64,000 nt of DNA from Auanema rhodensis (lineage: Eukaryota > Animalia > Nematoda), in the NCBI GenBank assembly GCA_964057225.1, contig OZ059896.1:3968001-4032000 (forward strand), in the 5' to 3' direction. Shown one piece after another: positions 25,201 to 40,200 of this stretch. The notes beneath the pieces are model-generated. The model saw nothing but the letters and a program-made list of their open reading frames with translations, ran no database searches and was not told where the DNA came from. The position numbers and the translations under genes were made by a program. How positions within the stretch are numbered: the first letter of the stretch is position 1; each line of letters opens with the position of its first letter.

Positions 25201-28200
25201 CACGTGTACATTTAATTAGCATAAATTAAAGTTCACGTAAATTTCAAAGTCATGGTTACCATGAACCAATATCAATAAAAATTTGTTTTTAGACTAATTT
25301 GGACATGGGGAATCTAATTTTGAAAACCGCATCTCTTTATTTTTCACGTGAAGCGAGTTACATACCAAGTGCACATCACGTGTACATTTAATTAGCATAA
25401 ATTAAAGTTCACGTAAATTTCAAAGTCATGGTTACCATGAACCAATATCAATAAAAATTTGTTTTTAGACTAATTTGGACATGGGGAATCTAATTTTGAA
25501 AACCGCATCTCTTCATCTTTCACGTGAAGCGAGTTACATACCAAGTGCACATCACGTGTACATTTAATTAGCATAAATTAAAGTTCACGTAAATTTCAAA
25601 GTCATGGTTACCATGAACCAATGTCAATAAAAATTTGTTTGTGAACTAATATGGACATGGGGAATCTAATTTTGGAAACCGCATCTCTTCATCTTTCACG
25701 TGAAGCGAGTTACATACCAAGTGCACATCACGTGTACAATTAATTAGCATAAATTAAAGTTCACGTAAATTTCAAAGTCATGGTTACCATGCACCAATAT
25801 CAATAAAAATTTGTTTTTAGACTAATATGGACATGGGGAATCTAACTTTGAAAACCGCATCTCTTTATCTCTCACGTGAAGCGAGTTACATACCAAGGGC
25901 ACATCACGTGTACATTTAATTAGCATAAATTAAAGTTCACGTAAATTTCAAAGTCATGGTTACCATGCACCAATATCAATAAAAATTTGTTTTTAGACTA
26001 ATATGGACATGGGGAATCTAATTTTGAAAACCGCATCTCTTTATCTCTCAGGTGAAGCGAGTTACATACCAAGTGCACATCACGTGTACAATTAATTAGC
26101 ATAAATTAAAGTTCACGTAAATTTCAAAGTCATGGTTACCATGCACCAATATCAATAAAAATTTGTTTTTAGACTAATATGGACATGGGGAATCTAACTT
26201 TGAAAACCGCATCTCTTTATCTCTCACGTGAAGCGAGTTACATACCAAGGGCACATCACGTGTACATTTAATTAGCATAAATTAAAGTTCACGTAAATTT
26301 CAAAGTCATGGTTACCATGCACCAATATCAATAAAAATTTGTTTTTAGACTAATATGGACATGGGGAATCTAATTTTGAAAACCGCATCTCTTTATCTTT
26401 CACGTGAAGCGAGTTACATACCAAGTGCACATCACGTGTACATTTAATTAGCATAAATTAAAGTTCACGTAAATTTCAAAGTCATGGTTACCATGAACCA
26501 ATATCAATAAAAATTTGTTTTTAGACTAATATGGACATGGGGAATCTAATTTTGAAAACCGCATCTCTTTATCTTTCACGTGAAGCGAGTTACATACCAA
26601 GTGCACATCACGTGTACATTTAATTAGCATTAATTAAAGTTCACGTAAATTTCAAAGTCATGGTTACCATGAACCAATATCAATAAAAATTTGTTTGTGA
26701 ACTAATATGGACATGGGGAATCTAATTTTGAAAACCGCATCTCTTCATCTTTCACGTGAAGCGAGTTACATACCAAGTGCACATCACGTGTACATTTAAT
26801 TAGCATAAATTAAAGTTCACGTAAATTTCAAAGTCATGGTTACCATGCACCAATATCAATAAAAATTTGTTTTTAGACTAATATGGACATGGGGAATCTA
26901 ATTTTGAAAACCGCATCTCTTTATCTCTCACGTGAAGCGAGTTACATACCAAGGGCACATCACGTGTACATTTAATTAGCATTAATTAAAGTTCACGTAA
27001 ATTTCAAAGTCATGGTTACCATGAACCAATATCAATAAAAATTTGTTTGTGAACTAATATGGACATGGGGAATCTAATTTTGAAAACCGCATCTCTTCAT
27101 CTTTCACGTGAAGCGAGTTACATACCAAGTGCACATCACGTGTACATTTAATTAGCATTAATTAAAGTTCACGTAAATTTCAAAGTCATGGTTACCATGA
27201 ACCAATATCAATAAAAATTTGTTTGTGAACTAATATGGACATGGGGAATCTAATTTTGAAAACCGCATCTCTTCATCTTTCACGTGAAGCGAGTTACATA
27301 CCAAGTGCACATCACGTGTACATTTAATTAGCATAAATTAAAGTTCACGTAAATTTCAAAGTCATGGTTACCATGCACCAATATCAATAAAAATTTGTTT
27401 TTAGACTAATATGGACATGGGGAATCTAATTTTGAAAACCGCATCTCTTTATCTCTCACGTGAAGCGAGTTACATACCAAGGGCACATCACGTGTACATT
27501 TAATTAGCATTAATTAAAGTTCACGTAAATTTCAAAGTCATGGTTACCATGAACCAATATCAATAAAAATTTGTTTGTGAACTAATATGGACATGGGGAA
27601 TCTAATTTTGAAAACCGCATCTCTTCATCTTTCACGTGAAGCGAGTTACATACCAAGTGTACATCACGTGTACATTTAATTAGCATAAATTAAAGTTCAC
27701 GTAAATTTCAAAGTCATGGTTACCATGAACCAATGTCAATAAAAATTTGTTTTTAGACTAATATGGACATGGGGAATCTAATTTTGAAAACCGCATCTCT
27801 TTATTTTTCACGTGAAGCGAGTTACATACCAAGTGCACATCACGTGTACATTTAATTAGCATAAATTAAAGTTCACGTAAATTTCAAAGTCATGGTTACC
27901 ATGAACCAATATCAATAAAAATTTGTTTTTAGACTAATTTGGACATGGGGAATCTAATTTTGAAAACCGCATCTCTTCATCTTTCACGTGAAGCGAGTTA
28001 CATACCAAGTGCACATCACGTGTACATTTAATTAGCATAAATTAAAGTTCACGTAAATTTCAAAGTCATGGTTACCATGAACCAATGTCAATAAAAATTT
28101 GTTTGTGAACTAATATGGACATGGGGAATCTAATTTTGGAAACCGCATCTCTTCATCTTTCACGTGAAGCGAGTTACATACCAAGTGCACATCACGTGTA

Positions 28201-31200
28201 CAATTAATTAGCATAAATTAAAGTTCACGTAAATTTCAAAGTCATGGTTACCATGCACCAATATCAATAAAAATTTGTTTTTAGACTAATATGGACATGG
28301 GGAATCTAACTTTGAAAACCGCATCTCTTTATCTCTCACGTGAAGCGAGTTACATACCAAGGGCACATCACGTGTACATTTAATTAGCATAAATTAAAGT
28401 TCACGTAAATTTCAAAGTCATGGTTACCATGCACCAATATCAATAAAAATTTGTTTTTAGACTAATATGGACATGGGGAATCTAACTTTGAAAACCGCAT
28501 CTCTTTATCTCTCACGTGAAGCGAGTTACATACCAAGGGCACATCACGTGTACATTTAATTAGCATAAATTAAAGTTCACGTAAATTTCAAAGTCATGGT
28601 TACCATGCACCAATATCAATAAAAATTTGTTTTTAGACTAATATGGACATGGGGAATCTAATTTTGAAAACCGCATCTCTTTATCTTTCACGTGAAGCGA
28701 GTTACATACCAAGTGCACATCACGTGTACATTTAATTAGCATAAATTAAAGTTCACGTAAATTTCAAAGTCATGGTTACCATGAACCAATATCAATAAAA
28801 ATTTGTTTTTAGACTAATATGGACATGGGGAATCTAATTTTGAAAACCGCATCTCTTTATCTTTCACGTGAAGCGAGTTACATACCAAGTGCACATCACG
28901 TGTACATTTAATTAGCATTAATTAAAGTTCACGTAAATTTCAAAGTCATGGTTACCATGAACCAATATCAATAAAAATTTGTTTTTAGACTAATATGGAC
29001 ATGGGGAATCTAATTTTGAAAACCGCATCTCTTTATCTCTCACGTGAAGCGAGTTACATACCAAGGGCACATCACGTGTACATTTAATTAGCATTAATTA
29101 AAGTTCACGTAAATTTCAAAGTCATGGTTACCATGAACCAATATCAATAAAAATTTGTTTGTGAACTAATATGGACATGGGGAATCTAATTTTGAAAACC
29201 GCATCTCTTCATCTTTCACGTGAAGCGAGTTACATACCAAGTGCACATCACGTGTACATTTAATTAGCATAAATTAAAGTTCACGTAAATTTCAAAGTCA
29301 TGGTTACCATGAACCAATGTCAATAAAAATTTGTTTTTAGACTAATATGGACATGGGGAATCTAATTTTGAAAACCGCATCTCTTTATTTTTCACGTGAA
29401 GCGAGTTACATACCAAGTGCACATCACGTGTACATTTAATTAGCATAAATTAAAGTTCACGTAAATTTCAAAGTCATGGTTACCATGAACCAATATCAAT
29501 AAAAATTTGTTTTTAGACTAATTTGGACATGGGGAATCTAATTTTAAAAACCGCATCTCTTCATCTTTCACGTGAAGCGAATTACATACCAAGTGCACAT
29601 CACGTGTACATTTAATTAGCATAAATTAAAGTTCACGTAAAATTCAAAGTCATGGTTACCATGAACCAATGTCAATAAAAATTTGTTTTTAGACTAATTT
29701 GGACATGGGGAATCTAATTTTAAAAACCGCATCTCTTCATCTTTCACGTGAAGCGAATTACATACCAAGTGCACATCACGTGTACATTTAATTAGCATAA
29801 ATTAAAGTTCACGTAAATTTCAAAGTCATGGTTACCATGAACCAATATCAATAAAAATTTGTTTTTAGACTAATTTGGACATGGGGAATCTAATTTTAAA
29901 AACCGCATCTCTTCATCTTTCACGTGAAGCGAGTTACATACCAAGTGCACATCACGTGTACATTTAATTAGCATTAATTAAAGTTCACGTAAATTTCAAA
30001 GTCATGGTTACCATGAACCAATATCAATAAAAATTTGTTTTTAGACTAATATGGACATGGGGAATCTAATTTTGAAAACCGCATCTCTTTATCTCTCACG
30101 TGAAGCGAGTTACATACCAAGGGCACATCACGTGTACATTTAATTAGCATTAATTAAAGTTCACGTAAATTTCAAAGTCATGGTTACCATGAACCAATAT
30201 CAATAAAAATTTGTTTGTGAACTAATATGGACATGGGGAATCTAATTTTGAAAACCGCATCTCTTCATCTTTCACGTGAAGCGAGTTACATACCAAGTGC
30301 ACATCACGTGTACATTTAATTAGCATAAATTAAAGTTCACGTAAATTTCAAAGTCATGGTTACCATGAACCAATGTCAATAAAAATTTGTTTTTAGACTA
30401 ATATGGACATGGGGAATCTAATTTTGAAAACCGCATCTCTTTATTTTTCACGTGAAGCGAGTTACATACCAAGTGCACATCACGTGTACATTTAATTAGC
30501 ATAAATTAAAGTTCACGTAAATTTCAAAGTCATGGTTACCATGAACCAATATCAATAAAAATTTGTTTTTAGACTAATTTGGACATGGGGAATCTAATTT
30601 TAAAAACCGCATCTCTTCATCTTTCACGTGAAGCGAATTACATACCAAGTGCACATCACGTGTACATTTAATTAGCATAAATTAAAGTTCACGTAAAATT
30701 CAAAGTCATGGTTACCATGAACCAATGTCAATAAAAATTTGTTTGTGAACTAATATGGACATGGGGAATCTAATTTTGGAAACCGCATCTCTTCATCTTT
30801 CACGTGAAGCGAGTTACATACCGAGTGCACATCACGTGTACATTTAATTAGCATAAATTAAAGTTCACGTAAATTTCAAAGTCATGGTTACCATGAACCA
30901 ATATCAATAAAAATTTGTTTTTAGACTAATATGGACATGGGGAATCTAATTTTGGAAACCGCATCTCTTTATCTTTCACGTGAAGCGAGTTACATACCAA
31001 GTGCACATCACGTGTACATTTAATTAGCATAAATTAAAGTTCACGTAAATTTCAAAGTCATGGTTACCATGAACCAATATCAATAAAAATTTGTTTTTAG
31101 ACTAATATGGACATGGGGAATCTAATTTCGAAAACCGCATCTATTTATCTTTCACGTGAAGCGAGTTACATACCAAGGGCACATCACGTGTACATTTAAT

Positions 31201-34200
31201 TAGCATAAATTAAAGTTCACGTAAATTTCAAAGTCATGGTTACCATGAACCAATATCAATAGAAATTTGTTTTTAGACTAATTTGGACATGGGGAATCTA
31301 ATTTTGAAAACCGCATCTCTTCATCTTTCACGTGAAGCGAGTTACATACCAAGTGCACATCACGTGTACATTTAATTAGCATAAATTAAAGTTCACGTAA
31401 ATTTCAAAGTCATGGTTACCATGAACCAATATCAATAAAAATTTGTTTTTAGACTAATATGGACATGGGGAATCTAATTTCGAAAACCGCATCTATTTAT
31501 CTTTCACGTGAAGCGAGTTACATACCAAGTGCACATCACGTGTACATTAAATTAGCATAAATTAAAGTTCACGTAAATTTCAAAGTCATGGTTACCATGA
31601 ACCAATATCAATAAAAATTTGTTTTTAGACTAATTTGGACATGGGGAATTTAATTTTGAAAACCGCATCTATTTATCTTTCACGTGAAGCGAGTTACATA
31701 CCAAGTGCACATCACGTGTACATTTAATTAGCATAAATTAAAGTTCACGTAAATTTCAAAGTCATGGTTACCATGAACCAATGTCAATAAAAATTTGTTT
31801 TTAGACTAATATGGACATGGGGAATCTAATTTTGAAAACCGCATCTCTTCATCTTTCACGTGAAGCGAGTTACATACCAAGTGCACATCACGTGTACATT
31901 TAATTAGCATTAATTAAAGTTCACGTAAATTTCAAAGTCATGGTTACCATGAACCAATATCAATAAAAATTTGTTTGTGAACTAATATGGACATGGGGAA
32001 TCTAATTTTGAAAACCGCATCTCTTCATCTTTCACGTGAAGCGAGTTACATACCAAGTGCACATCACGTGTACATTTAATTAGCATAAATTAAAGTTCAC
32101 GTAAATTTCAAAGTCATGGTTACCATGAACCAATGTCAATAAAAATTTGTTTTTAGACTAATATGGACATGGGGAATCTAATTTTGAAAACCGCATCTCT
32201 TTATTTTTCACGTGAAGCGAGTTACATACCAAGTGCACATCACGTGTACATTTAATTAGCATAAATTAAAGTTCACGTAAATTTCAAAGTCATGGTTACC
32301 ATGAACCAATATCAATAAAAATTTGTTTTTAGACTAATTTGGACATGGGGAATCTAATTTTAAAAACCGCATCTCTTCATCTTTCACGTGAAGCGAGTTA
32401 CATACCAAGTGCACATCACGTGTACATTTAATTAGCATAAATTAAAGTTCACGTAAAATTCAAAGTCATGGTTACCATGAACCAATGTCAATAAAAATTT
32501 GTTTGTGAACTAATATGGACATGGGGAATCTAATTTTGGAAACCGCATCTCTTCATCTTTCACGTGAAGCGAGTTACATACCGAGTGCACATCACGTGTA
32601 CATTTAATTAGCATAAATTAAAGTTCACGTAAATTTCAAAGTCATGGTTACCATGAACCAATATCAATAAAAATTTGTTTTTAGACTAATATGGACATGG
32701 GGAATCTAATTTTGGAAACCGCATCTCTTTATCTTTCACGTGAAGCGAGTTACATACCAAGTGCACATCACGTGTACATTTAATTAGCATAAATTAAAGT
32801 TCACGTAAATTTCAAAGTCATGGTTACCATGAACCAATATCAATAAAAATTTGTTTTTAGACTAATATGGACATGGGGAATCTAATTTCGAAAACCGCAT
32901 CTATTTATCTTTCACGTGAAGCGAGTTACATAGCAAGGGCACATCACGTGTACATTTAATTAGCATAAATTAAAGTTCACGTAAATTTCAAAGTCATGGT
33001 TACCATGAACCAATATCAATAGAAATTTGTTTTTAGACTAATTTGGACATGGGGAATTTAATTTTGAAAACCGCATCTATTTATCTTTCACGTGAAGCGA
33101 GTTACATACCAAGTGCACATCACGTGTACATTTAATTAGCATAAATTAAAGTTCACGTAAATTTCAAAGTCATGGTTACCATGAACCAATATCAATAAAA
33201 ATTTGTTTTTAGACTAATTTGGACATGGGGAATTTAATTTTGAAAACCGCATCTATTTATCTTTCACGTGAAGCGAGTTACATACCAAGTGCACATCACG
33301 TGTACATTTAATTAGCATAAATTAAAGTTCACGTAAATTTCAAAGTCATGGTTACCATGAACCAATGTCAATAAAAATTTGTTTTTAGACTAATATGGAC
33401 ATGGGGAATCTAATTTTGAAAACCGCATCTCTTCATCTTTCACGTGAAGCGAGTTACATACCAAGTGCACATCACGTGTACATTTAATTAGCATAAATTA
33501 AAGTTCACGTAAATTTCAAAGTCATGGTTACCATGAACCAATATCAATAAAAATTTGTTTTTAGACTAATATGGACATGGGGAATCTAATTTCGAAAACC
33601 GCATCTATTCATCTTTCACGTGAAGCGAGTTACATACCAAGTGCACATCACGTGTACATTTAATTAGCATAAATTAAAGTTCACGTAAATTTCAAAGTCA
33701 TGGTTACCATGAACCAATATCAATAAAAATTTGTTTGTGAACTAATATGGACATGGGGAATCTAATTTTGGAAACCGCATCTATTCATCTTTCACGTGAA
33801 GCGAGTTACATACCAAGTGCACATCACGTGTACATTTAATTAGCATAAATTAAAGTTCACGTAAATTTCAAAGTCATGGTTACCATGAACCAATATCAAT
33901 AAAAATTTGTTTGTGAACTAATATGGACATGGGGAATCTAATTTTGGAAACCGCATCTCTTCATCTTTCACGTGAAGCGAGTTACATACCAAGTGCACAT
34001 CACGTGTACATTTAATTAGCATAAATAAAAGTTCACGTAAATTTCAAAGTCATGGTTACCATGAACCAATATCAATAAAAATTTGTTTTTAGACTAATAT
34101 GGACATGGGGAATCTAATTTTGAAAACCGCATCTCTTCATCTTTCACGTGAAGCGAGTTACATACCAAGTGCACATCACGTGTACATTTAATTAGCATAA

Positions 34201-37200
34201 ATAAAAGTTCACGTAAATTTCAAAGTCATGGTTACCATGAACCAATATCAATAAAAATTTGTTTTTAGACTAATATGGACATGGGGAATCTAATTTTGAA
34301 AACCGCATCTCTTCATCTTTCACGTGAAGCGAGTTACATACCAAGTGCACATCACGTGTACATTTAATTAGCATAAATTAAAGTTCACGTAAATTTCAAA
34401 GTCATGGTTACCATGAACCAATGTCAATAAAAATTTGTTTGTGAACTAATATGGACATGGGGAATCTAATTTTGGAAACCGCGTCTATTCATCTTTCACG
34501 TGAAGCGAGTTACATACCAAGTGCACATCACGTGTACATTTAATTAGCATAAATTAAAGTTCACGTAAATTTCAAAGTCATGGTTACCATGAACCAATAT
34601 CAATAAAAATTTGTTTGTGAACTAATATGGACATGGGGAATCTAATTTTGGAAACCGCATCTCTTCATCTTTCACGTGAAGCGAGTTACATACCAAGTGC
34701 ACATCACGTGTACATTTAATTAGCATAAATAAAAGTTCACGTAAATTTCAAAGTCATGGTTACCATGAACCAATATCAATAAAAATTTGTTTTTAGACTA
34801 ATATGGACATGGGGAATCTAATTTTGAAAACCGCATCTCTTCATCTTTCACGTGAAGCGAGTTACATACCAAGTGCACATCACGTGTACATTTAATTAGC
34901 ATAAATTAAAGTTCACGTAAATTTCAAAGTCATGGTTACCATGAACCAATGTCAATAAAAATTTGTTTTTAGACTAATATGGACATGGGGAATCTAATTT
35001 TGAAAACCGCATCTCTTTATTTTTCACGTGAAGCGAGTTACATACCAAGTGCACATCACGTGTACATTTAATTAGCATAAATTAAAGTTCACGTAAATTT
35101 CAAAGTCATGGTTACCATGAACCAATATCAATAAAAATTTGTTTTTAGACTAATATGGACATGGGGAATCTAATTTCGAAAACCGCATCTATTTATCTTT
35201 CACGTGAAGCGAGTTACATACCAAGTGCACATCACGTGTACAATTAATTAGCATAAATTAAAGTTCACGTAAATTTCAAAGTCATGGTTACCATGCACCA
35301 ATATCAATAAAAATTTGTTTTTAGACTAATATGGACATGGGGAATCTAATTTTGAAAACCGTATCTCTTTATCTCTCAGGTGAAGCGAGTTACATACCAA
35401 GTGCACATCACGTGTACAATTAATTAGCATAAATTAAAGTTCACGTAAATTTCAAAGTCATGGTTACCATGCACCAATATCAATAAAAATTTGTTTTTAG
35501 ACTAATATGGACATGGGGAATCTAATTTTGAAAACCGCATCTCTTTATCTTTCACGTGAAGCGAGTTACATACCAAGTGCACATCACGTGTACATTTAAT
35601 TAGCATAAATTAAAGTTCACGTAAATTTCAAAGTCATGGTTACCATGAACCAATGTCAATAAAAATTTGTTTTTAGACTAATATGGACATGGGGAATCTA
35701 ATTTTGAAAACCGCATCTCTTTATCTCTCAGGTGAAGCGAGTTACATACCAAGTGCACATCACGTGTACAATTAATTAGCATAAATTAAAGTTCACGTAA
35801 ATTTCAAAGTCATGGTTACCATGCACCAATATCAATAAAAATTTGTTTTTAGACTAATATGGACATGGGAAATCTAATTTTGAAAACCGCATCTCTTTAT
35901 TTTTCACGTGAAGCGAGTTACATACCAAGTGCACATCACGTGTACAATTAATTAGCATAAATTAAAGTTCACGTAAATTTCAAAGTCATGGTTACCATGC
36001 ACCAATATCAATAAAAATTTGTTTTTAGACTAATATGGACATGGGGAATCTAATTTTGAAAACCGCATCTCTTTATCTCTCAGGTGAAGCGAGTTACATA
36101 CCAAGTGCACATCACGTGTACAATTAATTAGCATAAATTAAAGTTCACGTAAATTTCAAAGTCATGGTTACCATGCACCAATATCAATAAAAATTTGTTT
36201 TTAGACTAATATGGACATGGGAAATCTAATTTTGAAAACCGCATCTCTTTATTTTTCACGTGAAGCGAGTTACATACCAAGTGCACATCACGTGTACAAT
36301 TAATTAGCATAAATTAAAGTTCACGTAAATTTCAAAGTCATGGTTACCATGCACCAATATCAATAAAAATTTGTTTTTAGACTAATATGGACATGGGGAA
36401 TCTAATTTTGAAAACCGCATCTCTTTATCTCTCAGGTGAAGCGAGTTACATACCAAGTGCACATCACGTGTACAATTAATTAGCATAAATTAAAGTTCAC
36501 GTAAATTTCAAAGTCATGGTTACCATGCACCAATATCAATAAAAATTTGTTTTTAGACTAATATGGACATGGGGAATCTAATTTTGAAAACCGCATCTCT
36601 TTATCTTTCACGTGAAGCGAGTTACATACCAAGTGCACATCACGTGTACATTTAATTAGCATAAATTAAAGTTCACGTAAATTTCAAAGTCATGGTTACC
36701 ATGAACCAATGTCAATAAAAATTTGTTTTTAGACTAATATGGACATGGGGAATCTAATTTTGAAAACCGCATCTCTTTATCTCTCAGGTGGAGCGAGTTA
36801 CATACCAAGTGCACATCACGTGTACAATTAATTAGCATAAATTAAAGTTCACGTAAATTTCAAAGTCATGGTTACCATGCACCAATATCAATAAAAATTT
36901 GTTTTTAGACTAATATGGACATGGGGAATCTAATTTTGAAAACCGCATCTCTTTATCTTTCACGTGAAGCGAGTTACATACCAAGTGCACATCACGTGTA
37001 CATTTAATTAGCATAAATTAAAGTTCACGTAAATTTCAAAGTCATGGTTACCATGAACCAATATCAATAAAAATTTGTTTTTAGACTAATATGGACATGG
37101 GGAATCTAATTTTGAAAACCGCATCTCTTTATCTTTCACGTGAAGCGAGTTACATACCAAGTGCACATCACGTGTACATTTAATTAGCATTAATTAAAGT

Positions 37201-40200
37201 TCACGTAAATTTCAAAGTCATGGTTACCATGAACCAATATCAATAAAAATTTGTTTTTAGACTAATATGGACATGGGGAATCTAATTTTGAAAACCGCAT
37301 CTCTTTATCTTTCACGTGAAGCGAGTTACATACCAAGTGCACATCACGTGTACATTTAATTAGCATAAATTAAAGTTCACGTAAATTTCAAAGTCATGGT
37401 TACCATGAACCAATGTCAATAAAAATTTGTTTTTAGACTAATATGGACATGGGGAATCTAATTTTGAAAACCGCATCTCTTTATCTCTCAGGTGAAGCGA
37501 GTTACATACCAAGTGCACATCACGTGTACAATTAATTAGCATAAATTAAAGTTCACGTAAATTTCAAAGTCATGGTTACCATGCACCAATATCAATAAAA
37601 ATTTGTTTTTAGACTAATATGGACATGGGGAATCTAATTTTGAAAACCGCATCTATTTATCTTTCACGTGAAGCGAGTTACATACCAAGTGCACATCACG
37701 TGTACAATTAATTAGCATAAATTAAAGTTCACGTAAATTTCAAAGTCATGGTTACCATGCACCAATATCAATAAAAATTTGTTTTTAGACTAATATGGAC
37801 ATGGGGAATCTAATTTTGAAAACCGCATCTCTTTATCTCTCAGGTGAAGCGAGTTACATACCAAGTGCACATCACGTGTACAATTAATTAGCATAAATTA
37901 AAGTTCACGTAAATTTCAAAGTCATGGTTACCATGCACCAATATCAATAAAAATTTGTTTTTAGACTAATATGGACATGGGGAATCTAATTTTGAAAACC
38001 GCATCTCTTTATCTTTCACGTGAAGCGAGTTACATACCAAGTGCACATCACGTGTACATTTAATTAGCATAAATTAAAGTTCACGTAAATTTCAAAGTCA
38101 TGGTTACCATGAACCAATGTCAATAAAAATTTGTTTTTAGACTAATATGGACATGGGGAATCTAATTTTGAAAACCGCATCTCTTTATCTCTCAGGTGAA
38201 GCGAGTTACATACCAAGTGCACATCACGTGTACAATTAATTAGCATAAATTAAAGTTCACGTAAATTTCAAAGTCATGGTTACCATGCACCAATATCAAT
38301 AAAAATTTGTTTTTAGACTAATATGGACATGGGGAATCTAATTTTGAAAACCGCATCTCTTTATCTTTCACGTGAAGCGAGTTACATACCAAGTGCACAT
38401 CACGTGTACATTTAATTAGCATAAATTAAAGTTCACGTAAATTTCAAAGTCATGGTTACCATGAACCAATATCAATAAAAATTTGTTTTTAGACTAATAT
38501 GGACATGGGGAATCTAATTTTGAAAACCGCATCTCTTTATCTTTCACGTGAAGCGAGTTACATACCAAGTGCACATCACGTGTACATTTAATTAGCATTA
38601 ATTAAAGTTCACGTAAATTTCAAAGTCATGGTTACCATGAACCAATATCAATAAAAATTTGTTTTTAGACTAATATGGACATGGGGAATCTAATTTTGAA
38701 AACCGCATCTCTTTATCTTTCACGTGAAGCGAGTTACATACCAAGTGCACATCACGTGTACATTTAATTAGCATTAATTAAAGTTCACGTAAATTTCAAA
38801 GTCATGGTTACCATGAACCAATATCAATAAAAATTTGTTTTTAGACTAATATGGACATGGGGAATCTAATTTCGAAAACCGCATCTATTTATCTTTCACG
38901 TGAAGCGAGTTACATACCAAGTGCACATCACGTGTACAATTAATTAGCATAAATTAAAGTTCACGTAAATTTCAAAGTCATGGTTACCATGCACCAATAT
39001 CAATAAAAATTTGTTTTTAGACTAATATGGACATGGGGAATCTAATTTTGAAAACCGCATCTCTTTATCTCTCAGGTGAAGCGAGTTACATACCAAGTGC
39101 ACATCACGTGTACAATTAATTAGCATAAATTAAAGTTCACGTAAATTTCAAAGTCATGGTTACCATGCACCAATATCAATAAAAATTTGTTTTTAGACTA
39201 ATATGGACATGGGGAATCTAATTTTGAAAACCGCATCTCTTTATCTCTCACGTGAAGCGAGTTACATACCAAGGGCACATCACGTGTACATTTAATTAGC
39301 ATTAATTAAAGTTCACGTAAATTTCAAAGTCATGGTTACCATGAACCAATATCAATAAAAATTTGTTTGTGAACTAATATGGACATGGGGAATCTAATTT
39401 TGAAAACCGCATCTCTTCATCTTTCACGTGAAGCGAGTTACATACCAAGTGCACATCACGTGTACATTTAATTAGCATAAATTAAAGTTCACGTAAATTT
39501 CAAAGTCATGGTTACCATGAACCAATGTCAATAAAAATTTGTTTTTAGACTAATATGGACATGGGGAATCTAATTTTGAAAACCGCATCTCTTTATTTTT
39601 CACGTGAAGCGAGTTACATACCAAGTGCACATCACGTGTACATTTAATTAGCATAAATTAAAGTTCACGTAAATTTCAAAGTCATGGTTACCATGAACCA
39701 ATATCAATAAAAATTTGTTTTTAGACTAATTTGGACATGGGGAATCTAATTTTGAAAACCGCATCTCTTCATCTTTCACGTGAAGCGAGTTACATACCAA
39801 GTGCACATCACGTGTACATTTAATTAGCATAAATTAAAGTTCACGTAAATTTCAAAGTCATGGTTACCATGAACCAATGTCAATAAAAATTTGTTTGTGA
39901 ACTAATATGGACATGGGGAATCTAATTTTGGAAACCGCATCTCTTCATCTTTCACGTGAAGCGAGTTACATACCGAGTGCACATCACGTGTACATTTAAT
40001 TAGCATAAATTAAAGTTCACGTAAATTTCAAAGTCATGGTTACCATGAACCAATATCAATAAAAATTCGTTTTTAGACTAATATGGACATGGGGAATCTA
40101 ATTTTGGAAACCGCATCTCTTTATCTTTCACGTGAAGCGAGTTACATACCAAGTGCACATCACGTGTACATTTAATTAGCATAAATTAAAGTTCACGTAA

